Assembly: GCA_964016885.1 (NCBI GenBank)
Contig: OZ024740.1
Location: 63,054,001-63,118,000 of the forward strand
Direction of reading: 5' to 3'
DNA length: 64,000 nucleotides
DNA from: Eledone cirrhosa
Lineage: Eukaryota
In this document: positions 37,737 to 51,173 of the stretch, in pieces
Layout: each line of letters opens with the position of its first letter
How positions within the stretch are numbered: the first letter of the stretch is position 1
Made by a program: the position numbers and the translations under genes
The notes under the pieces: model-generated
What the model saw: only the letters and a program-made list of their open reading frames with translations
Database searches by the model: none
What the model was told of the DNA's origin: nothing

Positions 37737-39123
37737 TTATGTGTGTATGTGTCTATGTATTTATATGTGTATATGTATGTGTCTCTATATGTATGCGTGT
37801 GTGTATGTGTATGTGTATTTATATGGTATGTGTATGTATATGTATGTGTATGTATGTGTTTGTATATATGTGTATGTATATGTATGTATATGTATGTGTG
37901 TGTATGCGTGTGTATTTATTTATATGTCTATATGTATGTATATCGATGTATATTTTATATTTTACTTGTTTGTATATATATATGTATGTGTATGTATATG
38001 TGTATATATATATGTGTGTGTATATGTGTGTGTATATATGTGTATATATATGTGTATATATATATATATGTGTGTATATATGTGTATATATATATGTATA
38101 TGTATATGTGTGTGTGTGTGTGTGTGTATGTGTGGATGTATATATATATATATATATATTTTCTTGATATATTTCTTTTTTTCTTTTTTCTTTTTTCTTT
38201 TTCTTTTCTTTTTATTTCTAAGTTTATAGATACATTTATAAATAGGCAGTCTGCCGAAACCGTTGAATACTGACCTCTCCCCCCCCTCCCACCTAATTTC
38301 TGTATCCTGATCTAAATATGTGTGGCAGTGTTTATGTGCGTGCATTAATGTCCATATGCTTATGATAATACTATATGCACATATATATGTGTGTGGGGGT
38401 GTGTGTGTGTATGTATGTTCGTAGTTATGTGTATGTTTATGCATATACGCGCGTGTGTGTGTGAGTGTACGAATATGTGTGAGTATATGAATGTGTGTAT
38501 ACATTTATTTCATATTTATGTGTCTATACGCATTTTATCTGTAGATTATAAACTTACAGAGACATTAGCCTTGAATTTTTGTATTTACATACATCTTTTT
38601 GGCATGCGTATGCATGTGAACATATATCTTTATGTAAATATGTGTACGAAGTTAATTACATGTATATACACACACCTAACTGCATAACATTTTTTGTATT
38701 TTCATTGGTCAATTTGAACTCTGTTCCCAAACGGACCTGAAATTTTGAATTGTTGTTATCAATAAATATATTTCATTATTTCTGAAAACGGCATATATAT
38801 GTGTTTGGTATGTATATTTAATTTTGATAGTTTGTATAATTTTGTATAATTTTGTACATAGATCTGTTGAATATGCATGCCAATTCTAACACATATATAT
38901 CCTAGAAACGATCGTTAAATAATGAACTTTTTTTGTTTAATATAAGGAACTGTTTCATTGTTTTATTCATTATTTTTTAAATATTTTATCTTGACTCTGT
39001 ATTCCGTTTATCTTTCACCGAAAGTGATTTTTCATTGCATCTCTTCTTTCCATGATATCCGGATTACATTGAGTTCTTCATACGGATTGGACACTACCGT
39101 AAACTCTTGGTAGATTTATCTAC
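32233..39123 (+). mobile_element. 5'-truncated PLE with inverted 1.9-kb 3'UTR copy, long microsatellite-rich 3'UTR, HHRs (32295-32449 -, 38772-38926 +) and tail
   Basis: 32233-34109 is the reverse complement of about 37125-38989; GIY-YIG frame at 34110-34793. Confidence 0.85.
34110..34793 (+). pseudogene. Open, 5'-truncated PLE thumb/GIY-YIG endonuclease frame (second PLE lineage)
   Basis: Translates without stops: [87 protein letters not shown]. Confidence 0.85.
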
Positions 39124-39167
<44 letters not shown>

Positions 39168-39189
39168 GTGTGTGTGAGCGTGTGTGTAA

Positions 39190-39220
<31 letters not shown>

Positions 39221-40595
39221 CGTGTGTGTGTGTGTGTAGGTATATGTACATATATATGCATACAGTTAAATACACATATACATATATGTGTGTGTAGATA
39301 TAGTGTAGATATATAAATAACCATACATATAATCCCGTTGTGTGTATTTTTTAAGCTTTGATCAGTACCGGGCTGGGAGCGCGATATACATGTACTTCAG
39401 AATTAGCAACTACTAACGCCAACAAAACCGGGCAGATTTCACGGTAGACGCTAGACGAAAAGCAAACACTAGCTCTCTAAGTCGCAGAGGGTTTGATGTG
39501 AAGATAACAAATCCAATTCATAAAATATTTTCCTGTTGCAGAACCAAAGGGAATCAGATAGCCGCATACTTATGTTTCACGGAGAACGAAGACATTTCAG
39601 TAAATACATACAGCAAATATTAGTAGATCTATTTATATAGCCAAACGCTGCATAGACGCTTATATAGGAAGCTGGGTAATAAAAATCAGTGCTAGCATGC
39701 AATGGTCAAAACCTTTGCTAGCATTTACACACATACCCACGTGCACACAATGAAATATATTGCAGACACATTTGACATCTTTTCACAATATATCACTGAC
39801 ATATATTTATATATATAGCTTGTTCTGTCCACATAATCTATATGCTTGTTTCACTATTCTTTCTTGAAAAATTGATTAGTTTTGCAAGCCTCTGCTCTGC
39901 GTGCGCGCGCGCGCGCGTGTGTGTGTGTTTGTGTGTGTGTATGCGTGTATGTGTATTTGTGTTTGTGTTTCTCTTATATATACATACACATATACATATT
40001 TATAGACACATACACACACACACGTATAAATATGTATATATATATATATATATTTATATCCAATTGAGTTCTTCACGCATGGTTAAAATCCTTGACAGAA
40101 TTAATTGACCTGCGTGCATATTATCTTATCCTTTTATGTTTTGCGATGACCTCCCCTTCCCGCTTGGTGACGGTGTGAGATTTCTCTTTGTGAGACTGCT
40201 GGAATTCCAAATTTGGCCGTCACTCTAACACTGACGGGTACCATCGCTGAATGTTAATATCGGTAGGGGTTTTTTTTTATATCGATATTGTCGCGCATCC
40301 ACTGATGATTTATAAGTGCCCACCTACATATATTCCTATAGACTATGTGTAGGCTTCTACAAAACCTGAACATTATTTACCCAACTTGTAGAAAACTTAT
40401 AATGAAACGATCGTTTGGAAAGAGGGATGTATTTAATTATGTCTCATATAAAATAATACAACTGGCTATCCGCAAAATACGTATAGTTAACACCCCAAAC
40501 GTATAATTGGGATTATACTAAGGTATATCCTAATGTTTGTTCAGTGAGACGGAAGTTGGTCGGAGTATTGCTTAAAGCTTTCTCTGTTAATGAAT

Positions 40596-40662
<67 letters not shown>

Positions 40663-40668
<6 letters not shown>

Positions 40669-41011
40669 ATAGTAAATAAATGGAAACTATATTTATAAAA
40701 CCATATTTATTTTATTATATATATTTCAAGGGTACCAAGACAACATTGGTACACTTTCATCAGATAAAATACAAAGTTTGTTTTATAAATAGAGACATAC
40801 CCATGAAAATCATACCTTATCGGTTGGAAATTCACTAGATAGCCAGTGAATTTCCAACCGATAAGGTATGGTTTTCATGGGTATGTCTCTATTTATAAAA
40901 CAAACTTTGTATTTTATCTGATGAAAGTGTACCAATGTTGTCTTGGTACCCTTGAAATATATATATAAAATAAATATGGTTTTATAAATATAGTTTCCAT
41001 TTATTTACTAT

Positions 41012-41018
<7 letters not shown>
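40663..41018. mobile_element. Near-perfect inverted family-A pseudo-LTR pair with HHRs (40709-40770 -, 40911-40971 +)
   Basis: attttat-CTGATGA..gtaccaa/ttggtac..GAAA-tatata-t-ataaaat. Confidence 0.8.
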
Positions 41019-41067
<49 letters not shown>

Positions 41068-41555
41068 ATGAGGTTGACGGCTGAGAGAAAAAAGCACTCA
41101 ATAGACGAGACGCCTCTTATGCAAAATTAAATAAACCCAACTAATATCTTGAACTCTCGATAGGAAACACTGATCTAATGCTTACCCACAAAAAATTCCG
41201 CTTGCGTCGCTTCAAATATATCTACTCACTGGACAGTACACTGGATAACACACTACTCCATGGATTACCCACTACCCTATTGATTACCCATCAAATAACG
41301 ATGTGTACCGGATTGTGTAAATGCTGTAAGGCACCCTCACCCCGTCTCTACTCTCTATCTCGAAAACCACCACCACTCTCTAAGCAGCACTAACTGCAGG
41401 TCACCCAGCATCAAAACCAATTTGTTTCATATATTTCACCTCTCTTATGTGTTATATATCATATGCAATCTATTATATTCCATAATCCCATATTCTATGA
41501 CCTCTACCATTCTAATATTTTTCTAATTTTATTTTACTTCATATTATGTTGATTA

Positions 41556-41942
41556 ACAGAATTGGTAGAGCGTCACACACCATGCTCTGCAGCATAGAGT
41601 TATGGCTCCTTACGTTTTGAGTTAAAATCCCGCCGAGGTGGATAAAATAAAATACCTGTTATCGGGGTCGTTAAAATAAAATACCAGTTATGCACTGAGG
41701 TCGATTCAATCGAGTTTCTCGCCCCTAAAATCGCTGGCCTTGTGCCTAAAGTAGGCGGTGGATTGGCAGTATCGGTAGAGGGTCGGACGCATGCTTTGCA
41801 AGCGAAGAATTACGGCCCTTTATGGTCTGAGTTCAAATCCCGCCGATGTTAACTTTGCCTTTCATCCTATGAGGTAGATAAAATAAAGTACCAGTAATAC
41901 ACTGGGATAATTGCTGGCCTTGTACCAAAAGTAGAAATAATT
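41556..41942 (+). mobile_element. Two tandem tRNA-derived SINE copies
   Basis: Homologous to 8312-8500 and 58927-59292. Confidence 0.75.
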
Positions 41943-42431
41943 ATTATAATTTTCAATCATAATTTTTTTTTGATTTTAGGTTTTAAGTTTAAAGTTTTTA
42001 AATTTGAAATTATTTTTTTAATTTAAATTTTTGTCATTTTGCCATTTCGTTTTTTCCGTCCTCTTTCCTACTTTTCTATAATTATATATTCCCAAAATAG
42101 TCATCGTACTTAATTCATGAATTTTAAAGTACGGCGCTTTATATCCTTTACTCATTACCATTACACCAGCACCAACGTCGTCACACCAATATCACCCAAC
42201 ATCTTCCACCTGTCATATATATATATATGCATGCATTTGAACTTGAATATTCATATTCATATCTGTATGTATGATATATATATATGCATGTTTCTGTGTA
42301 GGCAAGTATTTCTTTACATATGTGCACGTATTTTTATATGTGTATATGTATCTACACATATCTGTATGTATATATGGACATTCATATGTATATGTGTATA
42401 TATGTGTATGTATATATGTATGTACGTGTGT

Positions 42432-43345
42432 GCAAAACAACTCTTTTATGGAGAGTTGGTTAAAGGAAAACGACCGCCACATAAACCAAAAAAGAGGTAT
42501 AAGGATTCCTTGAAAGCGTCTCTAAAACACGCTAACATCTCTGCTGATACATGGGAGAATATTGCTGCTGATCATAATAAATGGAGAAAGACTGTATATG
42601 AGGGAAAAGTTGCCTTTGAGGCATCTCGAATCGCATACGAGAAAGTAAAGCGGGATGTGAGGAAGGGCATTGCTGTTGCACTTCCAGACGGCGAGGGTCC
42701 TCCTATGGTGCTGACATGCAGCGTATGTGCGAGACTCTGCCTAAGCAAAGCTGGACTCGAAAGTCATCTTCGCAGTCATAAAGTAAGACCAGTGGTTGAC
42801 TACCAGGCTGCTGTTGGAGATGCTACTCATCATGCTTGCCAAACATGTGGTAGAGAATGTAAATCAGGAGGAGGGCTCAAGCGACATGCAAAAGTACACG
42901 AACTCCAACCACAGCCGACTATTTCCAGTGAATGTTTTGGTTGCCGACTCTGTGCAAGACATTTTAGATCATTGGCTGGGCTAAAAAGCCACATTCGATC
43001 GCAGCGCTGTTAGTTGCTATCGTGTGTGTGTCTGTGTAGATATGCTTATGTGTGTGCGTGTGTGTGTGTATATATATGTATATGTATATTATTATTGTTG
43101 TTGTCGTTATTATTATTGTTGTTATTATTATTATTATTATTATTGTTATTAATGTATGTGTGTTTGTATATATGTGTGTGTGCGTGTGTATGTGTATGTA
43201 TATGTATATATATATATATATTCCTTTTTTTTTTTTTCTTTTTAATTTTCATTTTCTTTTTATTTATTTATTATTATTTTTTATTTATTTTTTTTTTCTT
43301 CTCGTGCAATGGCCATAATCGATAACGAGGGGGCAGCCATCATCA
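42432..43345 (+). pseudogene. 3' fragment of an RTE-type non-LTR retrotransposon with three C2H2 zinc fingers
   Basis: KQLFYGEL..GKR....PKKRYKDSLK..WE..A.D...WR followed by CxxC..SxxGLxxH repeats; ends ..gcagccatcatca. Confidence 0.75.
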
Positions 43346-43579
43346 CGTGTGTGCATATGTCTATCTTTCACTAACTTCCTATACACCCATCTTCTCATTC
43401 ATTAACTGACTCCCACTGACCAGTTAACATTTAATGGCTTCTTTCCATTATCCCCCATTATCATCTTCTTCACACAATCCCATCCACACTATCTTAATTA
43501 GCTCTCCACGATTAAGTCCCCCCCCCCCCATCCTCCCTCATGTCTTCCTTTATTTATACTGTTTCTATCGAAACATTAG

Positions 43580-43631
43580 TTCTTGTCTGATGACCCTTTG
43601 ATAAAAAGCCGAAACTCCAAAGAATCAAGAC
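43580..43631 (+). ncRNA. Degenerate hammerhead motif
   Basis: tcttgt-CTGATGA..GAAA..tcaaga; stems imperfect. Confidence 0.4.
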
Positions 43632-43884
43632 TCACTATTTAACATTAATAAAATGAATACATATATATAGGAAAAGGTTCAGGACCCCGACGGCAGAGCT
43701 CAAGCCATTTCGACGAATTATATATATATATATATAATTACAACAACAGTGACATAAACAGGTGACATGAACTCATTCAGCCTGTCACAAGATAAAGAAA
43801 AATGATAATATATGTATATATATATAGATATATACACATACATCTATATCTATATATATATGTATATATATATATATATATAAA

Positions 43885-44445
43885 TAGTGGTAGAACACTG
43901 AAAGGTAATATCCGTAGTGGTAGAGCACTCAGTCCATGGGACGAGTTAGGTAGAAGTGGTTACACAACAGTTAGTTCACCATACTGAGAACAATTGTTTC
44001 ACCTTAGCGGATCCTCAGCTGGTAATGGGCATGGTTATACGAAACAGGAAGGACAACCGTACGAACGCGCATGCGCAGAAACCCGTCACTTCACACAGGC
44101 AATACTAAAATGCGTGCGAGAGGTGTAAGGGAGATAACTGCGAAAGTCCGAAAAGTGTTTAGTTGATAAGAAAAAATATTGATGTTGTTACAATAATTCA
44201 TTCAATCCGGAGCCTTGTAGTTATGCAATAGGTGTTTCGAGACGTGTGGACAACGTGTGAAAATTTCATTTCTCGTGTTTAGGCAATCACTATTGCATAA
44301 TCTCTTTAGAATATTTATTCGTTCGTCAATACACAGTTCACACGACGGATTTCCCCTTGCGTATGGCTTGGACTTAGTGATGGCTTTCCATTGAATGGAG
44401 TTGTCTATACTTGAGTCCTTGAGGGACCATACGTGGCTCGCGATA
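43885..44445 (-). mobile_element. PLE 3' end: GIY-YIG C-terminus (44202-44445), HHR (43987-44021) and tail
   Basis: CELCIDE..LNTRNEIFTRCPH; CTGAGGA-tcc gcta aggt-GAAA-CAATTG-TT. Confidence 0.75.
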
Positions 44446-44853
44446 ATGGTCAAGAGAAATGGGATGGGAGAATTTTTCTGGTTCAGTGAATATGGTTAGT
44501 TCGCTGGGGTGTCAGAATTCAGATTTTCTATTGTAATAAAGAAAGTAAAGATATGTATGTTTATTTGTGTGCTTGTGTGTGTGTGTATAGGAAGATGATT
44601 CTATTAGTAGAAATGGGGGAGGGAGTTGTGTGTGTGTGTATATGGGTGTTATGTGTGTGTGTATGGGGGGAGTATGTTAAGATGGAGAGAATATATATAT
44701 TTTGTGTGTGTGTATATATGTGTGTAGGAAAGTGATTATATTAGTAGAAATGGGGGAGGGAGTTGTGTGTGTGGGGGGGGTTATGTGTGTGTATGGGTGT
44801 TATATGTGTGTGGGAGTATGGTTAGCATGTTAAGATGAAGAGAATATAAATAT

Positions 44854-44908
<55 letters not shown>

Positions 44909-47900
44909 GAAAATGATTCCGTTAGTAGGAATATTTTTGAATTAACATATTTTCCCTACTTATTCGTATTTGTTCTGTTGTATTGTCAGCGCAAACGTAT
45001 GTTAAGGTTTATTTAATTCGGGTTTTTATTTTCTAAAGTAGCAGGTGTTATGTGTGTGTGTATGTGTCTGTTTAGATGGTTAGCATGTTATGGTGTTGAC
45101 ATAATGTATATTAAACCATATTTAATGCTGGTCTATATTTTTGAATAAACATATTTTCCTTATTTATTCGTATTTGTTCTGTTGTATTATCAGCGCAAAG
45201 GTAAAATGGGAAGACTTTGAATTTGGGTGTCTTATTACTTGCGCAAATGTCTAGATGTGCGCTTAGTGGTATCTGTCTCGTGGTTGGATCTCGTAATTGT
45301 TGGCGATGAACTGTCATTCTGTTTTTGAGTGTGAGTTTAGTTTGTCCTATGTAATCTTCATTGCATCCTTTATATTTAATGGCATAAAGTAGATTTTTTG
45401 ATGAGCAGTGAAGTGATTTTTTATAGCAAAATTTTGTCCTGATTTAAATGTATACATGTTGCCTTCAAAGAGGTGAGTGCGGGTTCCACAATTAGAGAGA
45501 CCACATTTTTTGACAGTTGGTTGTGGGTTTGTGGTAGGTAATTTGGCATTGGTGAGTAATGTTTTCAGTGATTTCGGTTGTCTTTTGCTTTTGATTATTT
45601 TGTGTGTTTCAAGGGCTTTTTTCATTCTTGGGTCTTGTTTTAGTAGTGGGATGTTCTTGTGAATAGTGTTGTAAGCTTCCGCATTTCTTGGGTTGTGTGT
45701 TGAGATATATGATAGAATATTGGACGTACCTTGAATTTGTTTCTGTTTTCGTAATTCATCAATGTCTATTGCTCTAGCCCTTTCTATTCCATTATTAGTA
45801 ATGGTGGGTACTCTCTTTCGAGTAGAATTTCCTTTAATTCTTGAAGTCTTTTATTTCGCGTTTCATAATTGGAGACAATTGTGCAGATTCTTCTTTCTAG
45901 GTTAAAAGGAATGTTCGTCTTCGTGTGCTTTGGATTGTTGGAGGTGAATAGCAGGTATTGTTTGGAATCTGTTGGTTTGTAGTGTATGTCAGTTTCAATA
46001 GTTGTGTCTTTTTTTAAGATTAAGATGTCCAGAAATGGGAGTTGATCTTGGCTGTATTCCATTGTCAATTGGATGTGGTTATTGATGCCGTTTATTAAGT
46101 TTTTGAAATCCTTCAGTTGGTCGAGTGTGTGGGACCAAAGAATGAGACAATCATCCAAGTAGCGTTTCCAATTCTCTGATAAATATTTGTGGAAGTTCAA
46201 TCCGTATTTTGATTTGGACTGTTCATATATCTGGACTTCTAAGTATGCCATGACTAAGTTGACATAAGTTGGAGCGGCTTTTGTACCCATCGCAGTCCCC
46301 GATATTTGCTTGTAAGTACTGCCATCGAAATCAAAAAAGTTGTTTTGTGAGATAAATTTTAATCATTCAGTGATGAAGCTTTTTTCTATTCTGCCAGGTA
46401 TCTCATTGGGATATTTCTCTAGCCAGAATCCTATTACTTCTAGTCCGTATTGGTGTGGGATCGTTATGTAGAGATTCAATACATCGAAAGACACAATAAT
46501 AGTGTCGTTGTTGACATGTTTAGGGGGGTGGTTTAAGAGGTCCAGATCGTCTCTTACAAGGCTTGGTATGTGTTTGAGAATTGGTTTTAGTAGTATGTCT
46601 ATAAAGTTGCTCAGTCTGTGTGTTTCACATTGTGGGCCCGCTACAATTGGTCTTAATTTAAGGTCTGTGGGGGTATTGTGTGTTCACGCAGGCTGAGCTG
46701 GATTGTTTACAGGCATCGTTAATTATTTTACACTTGTGGATCTTCAGAAGTCCGTAAAGGTTGCTGGTTTTGTATTCAAAATGTGTTAAATAATCGCGTT
46801 CTTTTTTAGTTAGGTCTTCCTGGTATCGACAAATCAGTGTGTTTAATCTGGTCATTGTTTTTGATTGCTGGTAGATTTTTACTCTTTCATCGTAATTAGT
46901 ATTTTGTAAGAGAGAGAACATAGAATTTTTTTATTTTTCAGCATCCATAATGATGACAGTACTTCCCTTGTCCGCTCCTTAATTATAATGTCCGTATTGT
47001 TTTTTAGTTCATGGATAATCTCCCATTCCCTTCGACTCGTGTTGGGGTTGGGCTTAGGTTGCGGTAGTTCATGGTATGGGAAAGTAGCTATGTGGTCACA
47101 AAATTTGTCCAGAACTCTGTTTCTACCTTTTGTTGGGTTGTAGCTGCTTTTATTCTGTACAATTGATTGGTCGTTATTCTCCTTGTCAAAGAATTCCTCT
47201 GTGAAACGTAATTTTCTACAGAAGTGTGAGATATCGTCATTTATCTCATTGAGGTTAGAGTATTGTGGTGTTGGTGTGAATTTCAGTCCTTTGGAGAGAA
47301 TTTTTACTTGTTGGGCTGAGAGGTTTGTATTTGAAAGGTTGATTATTTTCGGTTTTTCAAAATCGGTTTGTGCCACCGGGTATCGTGGGTCCTGTAGCCT
47401 TGGTCTAAAAAATGATTTTTCTGGAATGTTTTTTCAATGGTATTATTATATGTAATGGTATTTCCCCTGTTGTTGTGTGGTCTTGTGTAGAAGTTTCGGA
47501 CGTATTGAGGTTCGGTTTGTTGATAGTCCATGTTGTAGATTTTGTTCCTTTGTGTGGGTTGGGATCTACGATTTTGGAACAGGCTCTGTGTGGGCAGTGG
47601 TCTACGGTTTTGGAATAGGTTTTGTGTGGGTTGTGATCTGCGGATCGGGTCCTGTCTTGTGTTGGGGAATCTTCGGTTTTGTTAGTAGGGTTATAGTTTT
47701 GTCTATGAGTTCTGGGATTATCGTTATAGTTTTGCTGGAGGTATGTTGGGCGATTTGTTACTTTTTTGTTATTTGATGTGCATGTTTTGTTACTTTTTTT
47801 GTTATTTGTTGTGCATGTGGTGTGTGAGTTTTAGTTTGTTTTAAAAATGGGTTACCTGTTTATTGTTCATTTTTGAAGTCCATTTCGTAGTTGTTGAACC

Positions 47901-48724
47901 AGGTGGCGTTTTTTTCCCATCGCTGGAGGGATGTTAGTTCTTCATCCTCACAATTTTCTTTCCAAAGTTTTAAGGTTTTTTCGTAGCGTTGGCCTTCAGA
48001 GTGCTTTGAAATTTCTGTGTCGAGTGACTTGAATTTTTCTTCGTTTATTCAAAAATATAGACCAGCATTAAATATGGTTTAATATACATTATGTCAACAC
48101 CATAACATGCTAACCATCTAAACAGACACATACACACACATATAACACCTGCTACTTTAGAAAATAAAAACCCGAATTAAATAAACCTTAACATACGTTT
48201 GCGCTGACAATACAACAGAACAAATACGAATAAGTAAGGAAAATATGTTAATTCAAAAATATTCCTACTAACGGAATCATTTTCCTACACACACACGCAC
48301 ACAATATATATATATTCTCTTCATCTTAACATGCTAACCATACTCCCACACACACATAACACCCATGCACACACATAACAACACCCCCACACACAACTCC
48401 CTCCCCCATTTCTACTAATAGAATCACTTTCCTACACACATATATACACACAAAATATATATATTCTCTCCATCGTAACATACCCCCCCCCCCCCACACA
48501 CACACATAACCCCCATATACACACACACAACTCCCTCCCCCATTTCTACTAATAGAATCATCTTCCTATATACACACACACACACACACACAAGCACACA
48601 AATAAACATACATATCTTTACTTTCTTTATTTCAATAGAAAATCTGAATTCTGACACCCCAGCGAACTAACCATATTCACTGAACCAGAAAAATTCTCCC
48701 ATCCCATTTCTCTTGACCATTATC
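44441..48724 (-). mobile_element. Degenerate near-full-length PLE (third lineage) with inverted 3'UTR copy at 48045-48724
   Basis: Frameshifted ORFs with LSKGLKFTPTP, MGTKAAPTYVNL, RYLDD, FLDI, YKPTD and a GIY-YIG tail; 44441-45150 is the reverse complement of 48045-48724. Confidence 0.85.
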
Positions 48725-49079
48725 TTTTGCTTGTCATAAAATTCTCTAAAAAGGCTACAAAATAAATTTGCAAATACGGGCGCGAAATTTAATGAAAACG
48801 TGACAGCCATAATTTCATTTATAACCAATCAAATTACGTTTATTAAAGAAAAGCCTTCGTGAGCCCCTTTTTTTAAGTAAAAAGAAATTCAAACAACCTG
48901 TCCTACACCATTGAAAGTATAAGGAAAAAAGTTGAAATCGAAAATGCAACTGGAGTCTTTTTAAGAATATTTATTTGGTTCCTTTACCGGTTTCGCAGTT
49001 CTTGTGCTTTTCAAAAGTAGAATTGAGATGGAGGGTTTGTGGTTTTTATATATATCTATGTTAGGTAATTCCGAAGGAA

Positions 49080-49292
49080 AAATCAAAGGAATAAAGAGTG
49101 CTCTATGTATAGAACAGAGCTATTTAATTAGAAAGTGAACAACACAAAATATAACTACTCCATTACCAAAAGTTTCTGGATCTCAGACAATGTTAATATA
49201 CGTCTGAATCGGTCATCATCATCAGAAAGAGATGTTATCATCTCTGTCTGGTCTGATGACAGAGTAGTTATATTTTGAGTTCACTTTCTAAT

Positions 49293-49297
<5 letters not shown>
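49080..49297. mobile_element. Inverted pseudo-LTR pair with HHR motif (about 49158-49230 -)
   Basis: Minus strand: CTGATGA..tcagac/gtctga..GAAA-cttttgg-TA. Confidence 0.55.
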
Positions 49298-49339
<42 letters not shown>

Positions 49340-49346
49340 ATATATA

Positions 49347-51173
49347 TTGTTATACTTTGGGAGGGTCATGTTGCCAATAAGAAACACATGCACCAGTTGC
49401 TTTCACTTCAATTTATTATAAATTAAATTTATAAATTTATAAATTTCCGGTTGGTTGGTTGGTTCCACAACCAGACGATTGTTCATATATTGTCAAAGTT
49501 CTTTCGTCACACATTCTGTGACCTCTTCAGTGACTGGGGATTCTTTTCTTTGTTTTTGTGCCTCTCCTTTGTTCTGTCCTACGCAATCTTGTTTTTGTGT
49601 GTGTTGTGTGCTTAGTTTGCGCATGTGTTACATCCGGGTGTCTGTGTGTGTTTATATTTGTTACTGGTTGGTTGTTTGTTCTATGTGTGTATGTGTTTTC
49701 ATTTTGTCCTTAATTGTAAGTTGTGATGTTGCTATTCCACTCATGTTTTCTATTTAATTTTGGTTGGAGTTCATTTATGTTTATTGCCTCTGTGACTTGT
49801 CTAAACATTGCGTCTTTTCTGTGTGTAGATTCTATTTTTATTTCTATGTTCTCTAATTTACCCTTATGTTCTATTTTAGCATGTTGGTGGAGTACAGATG
49901 AATCTTTTCTATCTTGAAGCTCTCGCCAGTGTTCATTTATCCGTTCTCCTATACTACGAGCTGTCTCACCTATGTACACTATATTCTTATCTCTAAATTG
50001 TCCTTCAGTACATCTTATGCTATATACTACATTTCTAGTTTTACAGTTAATATAGGGGCTTAGTTTACAGATTATACATTTCTTATGTATACAGGGAGGT
50101 CTTTGACAATGGTATGTATTGCTAATAAGTGTTTTTATGGAGGTACCTGGTCTTTCTACTATCTTAATATTGAGTTCATGTTTATCTAGGGCCCTTCTAA
50201 ATTTGTAAGCTAATTCACCTCTAGGGGTTGTGTTGATGAACATTACACTCTGGTATGTATTGCTATCATACCATGAGTTTATTCTATTAACCTTATTCCT
50301 AGTTCTTTCTATTCTATTCCAAAATGTGCTCCTATACAAGGGGCAGGTCCCATTTGTATCATTATTTACTATTTTCTCCCATTTGGTTCTGGCTCCTCTA
50401 TATACTCTGATTTTATCTCTCTGATTGTAACCAGAGAACTGCATACGGTGGATGAAGTGTTGTATGTGTCTCTCTAGTTCTTTGGGGTTGCACATGCGGG
50501 ACACGTTTCTCATCACCCGTACCAAATCCGCAATCAGTATGTTGATTTTGGTGTGGTCCGAAACAGCTGAGCTTCGGTGGATCAGATATTTGGAAGTCAT
50601 GGGTTTGGCATAATGGGAATGGATGATTTGTTTTTTGTTATTAATGGTTTCTAACCAGAGCTCTGTGTCTAGTACAAGTAATCGATGGTTGGGGTGTTTG
50701 CTTGGGTAGTCTATAGTAACTCTAATACACTGGTGGATGGAGTAGCTATTTGCTGGATGCTTCCATGGTGTTTTTCTCTAATTCCTGACTGTTCTCTAGT
50801 GAGGGTATTTTTACTACGATGTTTATATCATCAACGTAGCGGGAGTACATTATCAGGGTTAAGAGGTTGCTGACTTCTAATTGTTCTTTAAGTTTAAGTT
50901 TAAGTCTATTGTCCCACCATACCATGAATAGGTTAGCTATGTCACCTGCAATGCTAACACTAATGGCTGCTTCCTCCCCTTGGGCATACGTTTTTCCATT
51001 AAATTTGAACATATGTTCCTTAAGGGTTAATTTTATACTGGCCCCCACCGCATGTGCAATCATTTTCTTTAGTTCATCGTGATTTTCGGGGGTCCGTATG
51101 GCTCTGGTCCACCCGTTCCATCTATCTGTGTGGGTTTTCTTGGCCATTGAGGTAATGGAAGGTTGTCTGCCTC
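49347..51173 (-). mobile_element. Diverged, 5'-truncated, frameshifted relative of the tandem PLE; HHR at 49492-49535
   Basis: ORFs 50746-51147 and 49710-50600 align to the 1326-aa protein; same 3' terminus aagtataacaa(TA)n. Confidence 0.9.

Noticed and set aside
42117-43013. 298-aa zinc-finger 'gene'
   Set aside because: N-terminus is microsatellite-like; the remainder is an RTE retrotransposon C-terminus.
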